Shown here: in pieces, positions 10,990 through 23,232 of the stretch
Numbering within the stretch: the first letter of the stretch is position 1
How the letters are laid out: every line of letters starts with the position of its first letter
From: Candidatus Dadabacteria bacterium
GTDB taxonomy: Bacteria > Desulfobacterota_D > UBA1144 > Nemesobacterales > CSP1-2
Length of the DNA: 64,000 nt
Reading direction: 5' to 3'
Assembly: GCA_963805855.1 (NCBI GenBank)
Contig: CAWDVW010000007.1
Coordinates: 320,001-384,000 of the forward strand
The notes under the pieces: model-generated
The model's database searches: none
Seen by the model: only the letters and a program-made list of their open reading frames with translations
What the model was told of the DNA's origin: nothing
Position numbers and translations under genes: made by a program

Positions 10990-13900
10990 TTGGATATTGA
11001 AAACCTATTTGAGAAACCAAAAAATCCTTCGGAATATAGGGCTGTAAGGATTTCAATTGCATCGCCTGAGAAAGTTAAGGAGTGGTCTTCTGGTGAAGTC
11101 AGAAAACCTGAAACAATAAATTACAGGACTTTCAAGCCTGAAAGGAGTGGGCTATTCTGTGCAAAAATCTTTGGGCCTGTGAAAGATTACGAATGTCTTT
11201 GCGGTAAGTATAAGAGATTAAAGCACAGGGGTCACACATGCGAAAAGTGTGGGGTTGAAGTCATATCGAGTAAGGTCAGACGTGAGCGAATGGGCCATAT
11301 TGAACTCTCTTCGCCTGTTGCGCACATTTGGTTTCTTAGAAGCATACCGAGCAGAATAGGAATGCTACTAGATATGACTCTAAAGGAGTTGGAGAAGGTA
11401 CTTTACTATGAGGCATATGTGGTTCTTGATCCAAGTAGTGCTCCGCTAAAATTTGGTGAGGTTCTCAGTGAAGATAAGTACAGAAGACTCTTAGAGGAAT
11501 TTGGTCCAAGTTTTAAGGTTGGAATGGGTGCAGAAACCATAAGGGAAATGCTGAAAAAGATTGATCTTGTTGAGCTTTCTGAGCAGCTAAAGATGGAATT
11601 AATGAGTGTGACCTCTCCTATAAAGAGGGCTAGAATAGCGAAGAGGCAAAGAATTGTCGAAGCCTTTAGACAATCCAAAAACAAGCCGGAGTGGATGATT
11701 CTCACTAGAATTCCGATACTTCCGCCGGACTTAAGACCTCTGGTACCTCTTGACGGTGGCAGATTTGCTACATCTGATTTAAATGATCTATACAGGAGGG
11801 TTATAAATCGGAACAATCGTCTAAAGAAACTGCTTGAGCTTGGAGCCCCAGATATCATTGTGAGAAACGAGAAAAGGATGCTCCAGGAGTCGGTGGATGC
11901 ATTATTTGAGAACGGTCGCCGGGGAAGGCCTGTTCTGGGTCATAACCATCGTCCTCTAAAGAGTCTAAGTGACATCATTAAGGGTAAACAGGGAAGGTTT
12001 AGGCAAAATTTACTCGGGAAGAGAGTCGATTATTCTGGTCGTTCAGTGATTACGGTCGGACCGGAGTTAAAGCTCCATCAATGTGGTCTTCCTAAGCAGA
12101 TGGCCTTAGAGCTTTTCAGACCATTTATCTATCAGAAACTCGAACAATGGGCAGCTGCATCGACTATCAAGATTTCAAAGAAATTAGTCGAGCAGGAGGC
12201 ACCCATCGTGTGGGATGCCCTGGATGAAGTTATTAAGGAGCATCCTATTTTGCTAAACCGCGCTCCCACGCTTCACAGATTGAGCATTCAGGCATTTGAA
12301 CCCATTCTAATTGAGGATCTCGCGATACAGATTCATCCACTGGTATGTCCTGCTTATAATGCTGATTTTGACGGAGACCAGATGGCTGTCCACGTACCAC
12401 TTTCTATTGAGGCGCAGACCGAATGTAGGACACTCGTAATGTCCACGAATAACATCCTGTCGCCTGCGCATGGAAAACCGATCATACTTCCTACCCAGGA
12501 TATAGTTCTTGGTGTTTATTATATGACTAGAGAAATGGTGAATGACAAAGGCGAGGGCAAGATGTTCTCTAGTATTGAAGAGGTCAGGATGGCCTATGAC
12601 TCGGGCGAGATAGGGCTCCATGCAAGGGTAAAGGTCCGGATCGATGAGACAATGCATGATACGACTGTAGGAAGAGTGCTTCTCTATGAGATAATGCCCA
12701 GGGTAATACCGTTTGATCTAGTGAATAAGGTTATGACAAAACGCGCTATCGAGGAATTGATTGATGGATGTTTTAGGATTGCAGGAGGTAAGAGCACCGT
12801 GCTTCTTGCTGACCGGCTGCGTACATTAGGCTTTCAGTATTCTACCAAAGCGGGTATCTCAATCTCGATAGATGATATGAAGATACCTATTAAGAAGAAG
12901 ATGCTTCTAGATAAGGCTTATGAAGAGGTTGTTAAGGTGCAAAATCAGTACTCGCAGGGTTTAATCACGGATGGTGAAAGATATAACAAGGTAATAGATA
13001 TCTGGGCCAAGACTAGCGACGAGGTCGCGCAAGAGATGATGGATGAACTATCTCTCGAAGTTTTAAAGGACGGCAAAAACAAAGATACAAAGGTTCCAAG
13101 TTACAATCCTATATACATGATGATTGATTCGGGCGCAAGGGGAAGTCAAACCCAGGTTCGTCAGCTAGCTGGGATGAGGGGACTGATGGCAAAGCCTTCC
13201 GGTGAAATAATCGAAACGCCAATCACATCAAATTTTAGGGAAGGATTGACGGTACTTCAATACTTCATTTCGACGCATGGAGCAAGGAAGGGTCTTGCCG
13301 ATACGGCTCTCAAAACCGCAAATGCCGGTTACCTTACGAGGAGGCTAATTGATGCCGCACAAGAAGTAATGGTTACCGAATACGATTGCGGGACAAACGA
13401 AGGTATCACTGTTGGAGATCTAATTGAGGGTGGTGAGATAATTGATAGGGTAAGCGAAAGGATCTTGGGCCGTGTTGCCGTTGAAGATATTAAGGATCCA
13501 CTGACCGGTGAAGTTATTGTCAGAAGAAATGATGAGATAGATGAGCATGTTGCTAAGAGGATAGACGAGACAGGGAGCATAAGTGAGGTGAGGATTAGAT
13601 CGGTCTTAACCTGTGAGTCTCGACATGGCGTTTGCATCTTGTGTTACGGAAGGAATCTTTCTGCGGGGAAGCTCGTGAACATAGGGGAAGCTGTAGGTAT
13701 CGTAGCCGCACAATCAATTGGAGAGCCGGGAACTCAGCTTACTATGAGAACGTTTCATATTGGAGGGGCTGCCAGCCAGAGGGCTGCCGAGAGTACCCTC
13801 GACAGTCAACACGAAGGAATCGTCAAGCTATATGGAGTGCGTACGGTAAAGAATAAGGAAGACAAGTTAGTCGTAATAAATCGGACCGGGATCTTAGCCA

Positions 13901-15075
13901 TAGTTGATGAAAAGGGCTATGAGCGCGAAAGATATCCCTTAGTTTTGGGTGCACGATTAGGCGTTGATGAAGGAAAAAAGGTGAAGGAGGGAGCACTCTT
14001 AGCGGAATGGGATCCCTACACCACTCCGTTTATCTCCGAGATTACTGGTAAAGTGAGTTACCAGGACTTAGAGCAGGGGATCAGTCTAAAAGAGCAGGTC
14101 GACGAGGTTACAGGCATATATAAGAAGGTTGTTATTGAATCAAAAAGTCCTGACCTGCATCCTGCGCTGGTTGTGACTGATGGCGGTGGGAAACAGGTTC
14201 CATATTCGGTCCCGATAGGAGCTATTATTGAGAAGAATGAGGGAGAACTCATTTACGCTGGAGACATCGTCGCGAAAATTCCTAGGGCAACGGCAAAGAC
14301 AAAGGACATAACAGGCGGGCTTCCTAGAGTCGCGGAACTTTTCGAGGCAAGAATTCCTAAGGACCCGGCAGTCGTCAGTGAAATAGATGGAATTGTATCT
14401 TATGGGAAGGACCTCAAAGGAAAGCGAAGATTAGTCGTAACGCCCGATATTGGGGAAGCTAAGGAGTACCTTGTCCCTCGGGGGAAACATGTACTTGTTA
14501 GAGATGGCGAAAGGGTTTCCTCGGGAGATCAAGTTGTGGATGGTGCCATAAATCCACATGATATTCTCAGAATCCGTGGAGAAAAGGCGCTGGCCAGATA
14601 CCTTGTAGATGAAATCCAAGAGGTATATAGATTGCAGGGCGTTAAGATAAATGATAAACATATTGAAGCTATTGTAAGACAGATGCTAAAGAGGGTAAGG
14701 ATTAAAGATCCGGGCGACACATCTTTTCTTGTGGGTGAGGCGGTGTCAAAACAGGAGTTTTTTGAGGAGAACGAACGAGTAATTTCTCAGGATGGAAGAC
14801 CAGCTTCGGCTGAGCCTCTTCTATTAGGTATAACGAGGGCTTCGCTCAGCACGAGCAGCTGGCTATCGGCAGCGTCATTTCAGGAGACGACTAGGGTTCT
14901 TACAGAAGCTGCCTGCGAGGGAAAGGAGGATCAATTAAGGGGACTCAAGGAAAATGTGATTATGGGAAGATTGATTCCTGCAGGTACGGGTCTTCCAATG
15001 TACAGATTTATCGATGTCGAGGTGCCGGTCCCTGAAATTCCTGTGCCAGTCCCGGTTGAAGAAGAAGTTACCTGA
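10990..15075 (+). CDS. rpoC: RNA polymerase beta' subunit
   Basis: NADFDGD catalytic motif, N-terminal Zn ribbon, GLKENVIMG. Confidence 0.99.
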   Translation: MDIENLFEKPKNPSEYRAVRISIASPEKVKEWSSGEVRKPETINYRTFKPERSGLFCAKIFGPVKDYECLCGKYKRLKHRGHTCEKCGVEVISSKVRRERMGHIELSSPVAHIWFLRSIPSRIGMLLDMTLKELEKVLYYEAYVVLDPSSAPLKFGEVLSEDKYRRLLEEFGPSFKVGMGAETIREMLKKIDLVELSEQLKMELMSVTSPIKRARIAKRQRIVEAFRQSKNKPEWMILTRIPILPPDLRPLVPLDGGRFATSDLNDLYRRVINRNNRLKKLLELGAPDIIVRNEKRMLQESVDALFENGRRGRPVLGHNHRPLKSLSDIIKGKQGRFRQNLLGKRVDYSGRSVITVGPELKLHQCGLPKQMALELFRPFIYQKLEQWAAASTIKISKKLVEQEAPIVWDALDEVIKEHPILLNRAPTLHRLSIQAFEPILIEDLAIQIHPLVCPAYNADFDGDQMAVHVPLSIEAQTECRTLVMSTNNILSPAHGKPIILPTQDIVLGVYYMTREMVNDKGEGKMFSSIEEVRMAYDSGEIGLHARVKVRIDETMHDTTVGRVLLYEIMPRVIPFDLVNKVMTKRAIEELIDGCFRIAGGKSTVLLADRLRTLGFQYSTKAGISISIDDMKIPIKKKMLLDKAYEEVVKVQNQYSQGLITDGERYNKVIDIWAKTSDEVAQEMMDELSLEVLKDGKNKDTKVPSYNPIYMMIDSGARGSQTQVRQLAGMRGLMAKPSGEIIETPITSNFREGLTVLQYFISTHGARKGLADTALKTANAGYLTRRLIDAAQEVMVTEYDCGTNEGITVGDLIEGGEIIDRVSERILGRVAVEDIKDPLTGEVIVRRNDEIDEHVAKRIDETGSISEVRIRSVLTCESRHGVCILCYGRNLSAGKLVNIGEAVGIVAAQSIGEPGTQLTMRTFHIGGAASQRAAESTLDSQHEGIVKLYGVRTVKNKEDKLVVINRTGILAIVDEKGYERERYPLVLGARLGVDEGKKVKEGALLAEWDPYTTPFISEITGKVSYQDLEQGISLKEQVDEVTGIYKKVVIESKSPDLHPALVVTDGGGKQVPYSVPIGAIIEKNEGELIYAGDIVAKIPRATAKTKDITGGLPRVAELFEARIPKDPAVVSEIDGIVSYGKDLKGKRRLVVTPDIGEAKEYLVPRGKHVLVRDGERVSSGDQVVDGAINPHDILRIRGEKALARYLVDEIQEVYRLQGVKINDKHIEAIVRQMLKRVRIKDPGDTSFLVGEAVSKQEFFEENERVISQDGRPASAEPLLLGITRASLSTSSWLSAASFQETTRVLTEAACEGKEDQLRGLKENVIMGRLIPAGTGLPMYRFIDVEVPVPEIPVPVPVEEEVT

Positions 15076-15168
15076 TTATGCTTAAATGGTATTTAGGATT
15101 AGATTAGCAGTCTTAGAGGCTCAAAAACCTCCTAGTCCTGTAATATCAACTCCTGTTGCTTTCTCGGT

Positions 15169-17886
15169 ATGAGTGACAAGACCAAATTGATTCTTGAAAA
15201 AACCTATAACCCTAAGGTCGTAGAGGAGAAATGGTATAGTTTCTGGACAGAAAAGGGTTATTTTACGGCATCCACAAAGTCTAAAAAAAAGCCTTTCACG
15301 ATAGTTATCCCACCCCCTAATATTACGGGCTCACTTCATATTGGTCATGCCCTAAATAACACACTTCAGGACATTTTGGTACGTTACAAGAGAATGAAGG
15401 GGTATGAAGCTCTCTGGGTGCCGGGAACGGATCATGCCGGCATCGCAACTCAAACAGTCGTAGAACGAGAGCTGATGAGAGACGGTATAAAGCGAAGCGA
15501 TATGGATCGTGAAGAATTTGTAGATAAGGTTTGGAGGTGGAAAGGACAATACGGTAAGAGGATAGTCCAACAATTAAAGAGGTTAGGGGCTTCTTGCGAC
15601 TGGTCAAGAGAAAGGTTTACGATGGACGAAGGGTTTTCACTCGCAGTCAGAGAGGCGTTTGTTAGACTTTATGATGAGGGTCTGATTTACAGGGGCCATT
15701 ATCTTGTGAACTGGTGTCCGAGGTGTGAGACCGCTCTTTCTGATTTAGAGGTTATAAGAGAGAATACAAATGGGAAGCTTTATTATATCAAATACCCGTT
15801 CGTACTCAATGACAAAAGTAAAAGAGAAGAGGGCTACATAGTTGTAGCTACTACAAGACCGGAAACAATGATGGGTGATACAGCCGTCGCGGTCAACCCA
15901 AGGGATGAGAGGTATAAGGGGATGGTGGGGAAAAAGGTAATGTTACCTGTCGTGAATCGTTTAATCCCGGTGATTGCTGATGAGGGTGTTGATATTGAAA
16001 TGGGTACCGGGGCTCTGAAAATAACTCCCGCTCATGATTTCGCAGATTTCGAAATTGGTAACAAGCACAATCTTCCGAGGATGCAGGTTATTGACTTTAG
16101 GGGTGTTATGAATGAAAACGCTGGGAAATATAGAGGCCTAGATAGATTTGATTGTAGAGCACGCATAGTAGAAGATTTTGAGAAGGACGGTCTACTTGAG
16201 AAGGTCGAGGATTATCTGATCCAGCTGGGGAAATGCTACAGGTGTGGAACTGTGGTTGAGCCCATGCTATCCCTGCAATGGTTTGTCAGGACAAAATCAC
16301 TGGCAGAGCCAGCACTGGCCGCGGTTGAAGAAGGGAGGACAAAAATCATTCCGGAGGGTTGGAATAACACATATTTTGAATGGATGCGAAATATCAGAGA
16401 CTGGTGCATATCAAGGCAGATTTGGTGGGGTCACAGAATCCCTGCCTGGTTCTGCGAGGGCTGTGATGAGATAACCGTGTCGGTGGAGGAACCGGCGCAG
16501 TGCGGTAAATGTGGATCAACGGATTTAAGACAGGAGGAAGATGTACTCGATACATGGTTCAGTTCCGGTCTCTGGCCTTTTGCGGTTTTGGGCTGGCCGC
16601 AGCAAACGGAAGAACTTCAGATCTTTTATCCCACAACTGTACTTGTCACGAGTTTTGATATTCTTTTCTTCTGGGTTGCGAGGATGATGATGATGGGGAT
16701 AAGGTTTATGGGCGACGTTCCATTCAGGGATGTTTATATCCACGCCCTTGTTAGGGATGAACAGGGTGAGAAGATGAGCAAGACAAGGGGAAACGTAATT
16801 GACCCTTTGGAAATAATGGACGACTTCGGTGCTGATGCGCTAAGATTCAGTCTAACTGCACTGGCTTCTCAGGGTCGCGACATAAAGCTATCACTACCTG
16901 TTATTGAGGGCTACAGAAACTTTATGAATAAAATATGGAATGCCTCTAGATTTGTCCTTATGAATTTGGGTCATGGAGAAAGGAACCGTTGGTCGGTTTC
17001 CGAATATAATATGGATCTATCAATTGCCGATAGGTGGATACTCACCAAATTGAACATGATGCTAGAGGAAATAGAAGATTGTTTCGATAAGTATGAATTT
17101 GATAAGGCCGCCCGAATTATTTATCAGTTTGTATGGGGTGATTTTTGCGACTGGTATATTGAAATAGTTAAACCGGCGCTGTATGGAAATAATAAAGATG
17201 CGAAAAGAAGAGTACAGTTGATCCTTGTCAATGTGTTATCATCTGCTTTACAAATTCTGAGCCCCATCGCACCTTTTATAACGGAAGAGATTTATGAGAG
17301 ATTACGGGAATTCGGATTTAATCTCCAGACACCCGAAGGAAATGATGCTGAGAGCATAGCAATGAGTTCATACCCGAGCTTCAACCGCGATTATATTCAC
17401 GAAGAGGAATATAGAGAAATAGAGTTTGTAAAAGAGGTGATAGTTGTTATAAGGAATTTAAGAGCGGTGGTGGGATTGCACCCTACTGATAAGGTAAAGG
17501 TATTCTTGCGTCCGGACAATGAAAAGAATCTTGAAAGGGTAAGACGTAATAATGAGATAATAATTAAACTTGCTGGAGCCTCCTCGCTCGAGTTTTCAAA
17601 GAACGGAAAGCCAAAGAAATCTGTTGCTCAGGTCATAAATGGGATGGAGGTATTTCTTCCGGTTGAAGGATTAATAAATGTTGAGAAAGAAGTTGGAAGA
17701 ATAATGAGGGAAATAGAAAAGGTCAAAAAAGATATCGATACTACGAGGAATAAACTCTCAAATGCTAACTTCCTCGATCGTGCCCCGGAGGAGGTCGTTG
17801 AGAAAGAGAAGGAGAAATTTGAGGAGCTTTCACTTAAAAAAAAGAAAATGGAAGATGTGCTCAATAAATTGAGCGAGATAGGTTAG
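15169..17886 (+). CDS. valS: Valine--tRNA ligase
   Basis: PPPNITGSLHIGH, DWCISRQIWWGH, KMSKT, C-terminal coiled coil. Confidence 0.98.
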   Translation: MSDKTKLILEKTYNPKVVEEKWYSFWTEKGYFTASTKSKKKPFTIVIPPPNITGSLHIGHALNNTLQDILVRYKRMKGYEALWVPGTDHAGIATQTVVERELMRDGIKRSDMDREEFVDKVWRWKGQYGKRIVQQLKRLGASCDWSRERFTMDEGFSLAVREAFVRLYDEGLIYRGHYLVNWCPRCETALSDLEVIRENTNGKLYYIKYPFVLNDKSKREEGYIVVATTRPETMMGDTAVAVNPRDERYKGMVGKKVMLPVVNRLIPVIADEGVDIEMGTGALKITPAHDFADFEIGNKHNLPRMQVIDFRGVMNENAGKYRGLDRFDCRARIVEDFEKDGLLEKVEDYLIQLGKCYRCGTVVEPMLSLQWFVRTKSLAEPALAAVEEGRTKIIPEGWNNTYFEWMRNIRDWCISRQIWWGHRIPAWFCEGCDEITVSVEEPAQCGKCGSTDLRQEEDVLDTWFSSGLWPFAVLGWPQQTEELQIFYPTTVLVTSFDILFFWVARMMMMGIRFMGDVPFRDVYIHALVRDEQGEKMSKTRGNVIDPLEIMDDFGADALRFSLTALASQGRDIKLSLPVIEGYRNFMNKIWNASRFVLMNLGHGERNRWSVSEYNMDLSIADRWILTKLNMMLEEIEDCFDKYEFDKAARIIYQFVWGDFCDWYIEIVKPALYGNNKDAKRRVQLILVNVLSSALQILSPIAPFITEEIYERLREFGFNLQTPEGNDAESIAMSSYPSFNRDYIHEEEYREIEFVKEVIVVIRNLRAVVGLHPTDKVKVFLRPDNEKNLERVRRNNEIIIKLAGASSLEFSKNGKPKKSVAQVINGMEVFLPVEGLINVEKEVGRIMREIEKVKKDIDTTRNKLSNANFLDRAPEEVVEKEKEKFEELSLKKKKMEDVLNKLSEIG

Positions 17887-18024
17887 AATCCGATTTTTCT
17901 GATGCATTTGTTTAACTGGGGAATTCACTATAAGCGAGTGCATGTTTACATAGGAGTCAGTGCAGTAATAGTCAGATATTGTGAGACGGACTCGTAAAAA
18001 GTAGTCGCTTTGCTTATCTTAACG

Positions 18025-18270
18025 TTTCTTTCTAACTTCTTTGTCTTGATACTCAATATAGATCCTGACTTTCGTCAGGACATGGTTCAGCACAGGTACA
18101 AAGAAGCAACCCTTCGACGGCGCTCAGGACAGGCCCTTGGATACTTCGACTAACTAAGGACTACGGGCTCAGGGCAGGGCTTCCCCTTGTTGTCATTCCC
18201 TAATTCCTCAATAGGGAATCCATGCTTTTAGCTCTGGATCCCCGTCTACTAATTTCGCAGATGACATAAC
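18025..18270. repeat. Composite cluster of short palindromic repeats between the convergent valS and purF
   Basis: Interrupted TTCTTTGTCTTGATAC...TACAAAGAA, CCCTTCGACGGCGCTCAGGACAGGCCCTT, and a GTCATTCCC...GGGAATCCA...CTGGATCCCC...GATGAC unit; related units at 37672 and 57760-58140. Confidence 0.65.
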
Positions 18271-18436
18271 GACTACAAAAATTGGTCCAACCGTAATCCG
18301 CAAATTCTATTATACGTCTTCGTTTCTGGTTTTCTTTACGCAATTTTTGGAAGGCTATTTGTGAGTGTTATTTGTAGGAATTTCCACGGTAGGGGTGTCC
18401 GCAAGTGTTTTTGCACATCTTATTATCCGAGGTTGG

Positions 18437-19852
18437 TTACCGGTCAAATAGATGGAACTGTTTGAGTGGTTTTTTGAAGTCCGCTATTGGTACGCGGTAG
18501 TTCCCGGTGAAGCAGGCATTACAGAAGCTCTCCTTATTGTCAAGTGATTTATAACTTGATACCGCCTTCATAACACCATCGAGACTTAGATATCCAAGAG
18601 TATCAGAGGTTATATATTTATTTATCTCTTCGACATCAAGAGAGTTTGCAATCAGTTCCTCTTTTGTAGGGGTGTCTATGCCATAGTAGCAGGAGAATTT
18701 CATAGGGGGCGAGCTTATCCTCATATGAATCTCTTTAGCGCCTGCAGCACGAATCATCTTTACTATTTTTCTGCTTGTAGTTCCTCTGACAATTGAGTCA
18801 TCCACTATCACAACCCTTTTGTCACGAAGTACCTCTTTGATTGCGTTTAGCTTTAGCTTGACCCCGAAATTTCTTATTGATTTTCGCGGTTCTATAAATG
18901 TCCTACCCACATAATGGTTCCTTAGTAGTCCAAGCTCCAGAGGGAGACCCGATTCTTCAGCATAGCCTATCGCCGCAGGAACACCGGAGTCGGGGACAGC
19001 AGTCACAATGTCTGCGTCGGATGGTTGTTCTCTCGCTAATTGTTTCCCCAGCTCTTTTCTCACCTGATATACGTTTCTATCAAAGACCTGGCTATCGGGT
19101 CTCGCAAAGTATATAAATTCGAAAACGCAGTGAGCGTGTTTGACCTTTTTGAAGGGTTTAAATGATTCAAGTCCCTTTTTGCTGACAACCAAGATCTCGC
19201 CGGGCTCAACCTCTCTGGTGAACTCGGCTTCTATCAAGTCAAAGGCGCATGTCTCAGAGGCTATAACCGGGGCATCATGTAGCTTTCCTAAGACAAGTGG
19301 TCGAAAACCGTACGGATCTCGAGCGGCAACCAGATAATCTGGTGTGAGGAATAAAAGAGAATAAGCTCCCTTACATCTCATCAATGACTCGATAATGCTT
19401 CTTACTAAATTCTCCTCTTTGGATCGGGCAATCAGATGTACTATAACCTCCGTATCAGTTGTAGATTGAAAGATAGCACCATCCCTTTCCAGTTCCTCCC
19501 TTAAAGTTCTTGCATTCGTAAGGTTGCCATTATGCGCAATAGCGAGATGTCCCTTGGAATAGGTGATGACTATGGGCTGTGAATTCTTACTATGACTTGA
19601 TCCCGTGGTGGAGTATCTCACGTGACCTATTGCATTTCTCCCTGGAAGCCTGTCAATCGCCTGTTCAGTAAAGATCTCGGATACGAGACCCATTTCCCTG
19701 TGCGAGTATAGGTTTTGACCGTCTGAGGTCGTTATACCGGCGCTTTCCTGACCACGGTGTTGTAGGGCGTGAAGACCAAGATATGTGAGGTTTGCTGCCT
19801 CGGGATGGCCAAATATTCCAAATACACCACACTCTTCTTTTAGCTCATGCAT
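18437..19852 (-). CDS. purF: Amidophosphoribosyltransferase
   Basis: EECGVFG (Ntn Cys), [12 protein letters not shown] loop [11 protein letters not shown]; start set at MHELK, overlapping the purL stop. Confidence 0.98.
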   Translation of the reverse strand: MHELKEECGVFGIFGHPEAANLTYLGLHALQHRGQESAGITTSDGQNLYSHREMGLVSEIFTEQAIDRLPGRNAIGHVRYSTTGSSHSKNSQPIVITYSKGHLAIAHNGNLTNARTLREELERDGAIFQSTTDTEVIVHLIARSKEENLVRSIIESLMRCKGAYSLLFLTPDYLVAARDPYGFRPLVLGKLHDAPVIASETCAFDLIEAEFTREVEPGEILVVSKKGLESFKPFKKVKHAHCVFEFIYFARPDSQVFDRNVYQVRKELGKQLAREQPSDADIVTAVPDSGVPAAIGYAEESGLPLELGLLRNHYVGRTFIEPRKSIRNFGVKLKLNAIKEVLRDKRVVIVDDSIVRGTTSRKIVKMIRAAGAKEIHMRISSPPMKFSCYYGIDTPTKEELIANSLDVEEINKYITSDTLGYLSLDGVMKAVSSYKSLDNKESFCNACFTGNYRVPIADFKKPLKQFHLFDR

Positions 19853-22064
19853 AGCTTTTGAATAAATTCTCAAGTCCGGTATTCCAGACTCTATGGGCAT
19901 CCAACATATCAATGTCCAGAAGCCCATCAATTAAGAATCTATCTCCTCGAACCTCTCCTATTATCTCCATCGGAACGCTGTAAGTTTGGCATATGCTCTC
20001 CAAATGGGGCAAATCCGTTCTATCCAGTGATACCAATGCCCTTGATTGGGATTCTGAAAAAAGTATTGCATCCTCTCTCACATGGTGATTGTTATCTATT
20101 TTGATCTTTGCTCCAATGGGTCCAGACGGGGTGAAGCAGGATTCAGCAAGAGCAATTGCCAAGCCCCCTTCCGAAAGATCGTGTGAAGACTTTATTATAC
20201 CGTTTTTAGATGCTTCAAGCAAAGTTCTGACGAGATTAGATTCTGCTTCTAGATCTACTTCAGGTGGACTACCACAGACAAGTCCGTGGATCTGACTGAG
20301 GTACTGACTACCCCCAAGTTCTTCTCTGGTTTTCCCGAGGATTACTATTATATCCCCCTCATTCTTAAACCACTGTGTAAGATGGTTTTCGGCATCTTCA
20401 ATGAGTCCTACCATTGCGACGGATGGAGTTGGATAAATTGCCTTAGCCCCAGTTTCGTTGTAAAGGCTTACATTTCCGCTCACAATTGGAGTACCGAGAA
20501 AATTGGCGGCTTCTGCTAGCCCCTCAACCGATTTAACGAATTGCCACATAATTTCAGGATTTTCCGGACTTCCGAAGTTAAGGCAATCTGTGATAGCTAA
20601 GGGCTTTGCCCCTGAACAGGCAAGATTTCTTGCGCTTTCTGCAACTGCTATCATCGCCCCAATGTAAGGGTCAAGATAACAGTACCTTGAGTTGCAGTTA
20701 GCGGTAAGTGCTATGGCCTTCGTTGTTCCTTTGATTCTTATTAATGCCGAATCGGAGCCAGGGGGGGTGATTGTATTAGTTCTCACCATGTGGTCGTATT
20801 GTTCAAAGATCCATTTCTTATTCGAAAGTGTAGGCGATGAAAGAAGCTTTAAAACGACGGATCCTAAATCATTTGGTATTGGAATTGATGATAGTTTTAA
20901 TTTTACCGAATCTTTCATGTAAGCCGGCTTTTTAAAAGGCCTTGAATATACTGGCGCTTCCATTGTGATTAAGCTGATCGGAATGTCTGCAACAATACCT
21001 TCATTTCCGACTATCTCCAGCCTGTTATTACCTGTAACTTCTCCAATCACACTGAAATCAAGACCCCACTTCTTGAATATTGCTTCGGCAATATTTTCCT
21101 TTCCTTTTTCTGTAACAATAAGCATCCTCTCTTGAGACTCTGATAGCATGACTTCATAGGGAGTCATTTTCTCTTCTCTCTTTGGTACTTTATCGATGTC
21201 GATTGTAATTCCAGTACCCGCGCGGCTTGCCATTTCAGTTGAAGAAGATGTTAATCCGGCAGCTCCCATGTCCTGAATGCCTATCACAATGCCAGTTTTA
21301 AAGAGTTCAAGACAGGCTTCTAACAGTAGCTTTTCCGTAAATGGGTCGCCCACCTGTACCGTAGGTCTTTTTTCCTCTGCTTCTTTACTAAATGTTTCTG
21401 AAGCCATAACTGCCCCATGAATTCCGTCCCTACCTGTCTTTGAACCGACATAAATAACTGGATTTCCAACTCCCTTCGCGGCGCCCCTGAATATTTTATC
21501 CTTTTTCGTGATTCCAAGTGCAAAGACGTTTACAATGGGGTTTCCATCATAGCATTCGTCGAAATAAACCTCTCCACCCACAGTTGGAATACCAATGCAA
21601 TTTCCATAGCCTGCTATACCGGAGACCACGCCCTCTAGCAGATATTTCGTCTTTTGAAGTTTAGGATCACCGAATCTGAGTGAATCGAGAAGTGCGATTG
21701 GTCGCGCACCCATAGTAAAAATATCCCTCAGAATACCTCCGACACCGGTGGCCGCACCCTGATAGGGTTCTATATACGACGGATGGTTATGGCTCTCCAT
21801 CTTAAAAACAACGCAAAGATCATCACCGATGTCAACAATCCCCGCATTTTCTCCCGGCCCCTGAATAACCCTTTCCCCTTTGGTTGGTAATTTCTTTAGA
21901 TGCGCCTTAGAGCTTTTATATGAACAGTGCTCAGACCACATTGCGGCTAATATGCCGATTTCAGTTACATTAGGTTCCCTTCCAATGTGGGCTACAATCT
22001 TATGATATTCATTCTTAGTTAGACCGTGATCTAGGGCAAGTCTTAGATTATTCAATTTGGACAT
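19845..22064 (-). CDS. purL: Phosphoribosylformylglycinamidine synthase subunit PurL
   Basis: [24 protein letters not shown]. Confidence 0.98.
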   Translation of the reverse strand: MSKLNNLRLALDHGLTKNEYHKIVAHIGREPNVTEIGILAAMWSEHCSYKSSKAHLKKLPTKGERVIQGPGENAGIVDIGDDLCVVFKMESHNHPSYIEPYQGAATGVGGILRDIFTMGARPIALLDSLRFGDPKLQKTKYLLEGVVSGIAGYGNCIGIPTVGGEVYFDECYDGNPIVNVFALGITKKDKIFRGAAKGVGNPVIYVGSKTGRDGIHGAVMASETFSKEAEEKRPTVQVGDPFTEKLLLEACLELFKTGIVIGIQDMGAAGLTSSSTEMASRAGTGITIDIDKVPKREEKMTPYEVMLSESQERMLIVTEKGKENIAEAIFKKWGLDFSVIGEVTGNNRLEIVGNEGIVADIPISLITMEAPVYSRPFKKPAYMKDSVKLKLSSIPIPNDLGSVVLKLLSSPTLSNKKWIFEQYDHMVRTNTITPPGSDSALIRIKGTTKAIALTANCNSRYCYLDPYIGAMIAVAESARNLACSGAKPLAITDCLNFGSPENPEIMWQFVKSVEGLAEAANFLGTPIVSGNVSLYNETGAKAIYPTPSVAMVGLIEDAENHLTQWFKNEGDIIVILGKTREELGGSQYLSQIHGLVCGSPPEVDLEAESNLVRTLLEASKNGIIKSSHDLSEGGLAIALAESCFTPSGPIGAKIKIDNNHHVREDAILFSESQSRALVSLDRTDLPHLESICQTYSVPMEIIGEVRGDRFLIDGLLDIDMLDAHRVWNTGLENLFKSYA

Positions 22065-22297
22065 ATTTGGAGATAATTATACCTGTTAAAAAAAAGGGAA
22101 TTGGTGCTATGTACAACGTCTGCATTATTGTTTACAGAAATTTTGAGTACTATTTAATGTCTCAGGATAGATAGACTTAATACCGTGAATTCATTTTTAA
22201 ATTCAGGTGAAAAGTAAATTCCTATTGAATTGAAATTCAGAATATTTAATATACAGAATAAAATTTAGGTATTAGGATAGCAATTAAGTTATATAGC

Positions 22298-23170
22298 GTG
22301 GACGTTATTTTCATTGTGACTAGAAGACGAAAATTTCTCAAGTTATTAATTTCTGCACCGGCTCTTATCCTAGTTTTTCTTTCTTTTCCGTCAGACGTGC
22401 TTTCACGACCGGTGACATCTGACCAAATTTATGAACTCACAGTTAAGATCGAGAAAGATCCAAACAATGCAGAGTTATATCTCCGAAGAGGTGAATTATT
22501 AAGGGGACTAAAGAAGTGGGATGCTGCATTGGTAGATTTAGAGCACGCGGGCAGCCTTGATAATGAACTTAAAGTTGTCGACTTGGCTAAGGGTCGGTTA
22601 TTTTTAGAAGCTGGCTGGAGCCGGGTAGCAGAATTTTATCTTTCACGCTATCTAACTTTTAAACCGGATCATCCTGACGGTTTGCTCCTGCTGGCCCGTT
22701 GTGTTGCAAAACAGGGCAGGGGAAATGAAGCGGGCGAAATATATACTAAATTCATCGGTATAACAAAAAATCCAAAGCCCGACTATTACCTGGAAAGAGC
22801 CGATGCCCTGGCTTCTGCGGGTATGAAGCCGGAAGCATTAAAAGGACTTGATGAGGGTCTGGTTAGGTTTGGGCCTGTTACGTCACTTCAGAAAATGGCT
22901 ATCGATATAGAACTTGGGGATAAGGACTATGACTCTGCGTTATCAAGGATTAATTCCCTTATAAAGAGTTCTCCACAAAAAGAGCGTTGGCTGCTGCTCA
23001 GAGGTGAAACGCTTGAAAAGGGAGGTCGAATAAAAGAAGCAAAAGAATCTTATGACGAGGCTCTGAAAAATCTTGATTCTCGTCCACCTAATAAACGAAG
23101 GACTAAATATTTTGCAGAGCTGGAGAAGGAAATCCGTGAAGCTATCACGCGTATAGAAGATAAGACTTGA
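22298..23170 (+). CDS. Exported tetratricopeptide-repeat protein
   Basis: Hydrophobic N-terminus; repeated TPR-like helices (AELYLRRGEL, PDYYLERADAL, WLLLRGETLE). Confidence 0.8.
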   Translation: MDVIFIVTRRRKFLKLLISAPALILVFLSFPSDVLSRPVTSDQIYELTVKIEKDPNNAELYLRRGELLRGLKKWDAALVDLEHAGSLDNELKVVDLAKGRLFLEAGWSRVAEFYLSRYLTFKPDHPDGLLLLARCVAKQGRGNEAGEIYTKFIGITKNPKPDYYLERADALASAGMKPEALKGLDEGLVRFGPVTSLQKMAIDIELGDKDYDSALSRINSLIKSSPQKERWLLLRGETLEKGGRIKEAKESYDEALKNLDSRPPNKRRTKYFAELEKEIREAITRIEDKT

Positions 23171-23232
23171 ATATTCCGAAAAATCGTGATAAAGTCGCTT
23201 GAGAAATAGCATCTTGTACTGAAGGATGAAAA

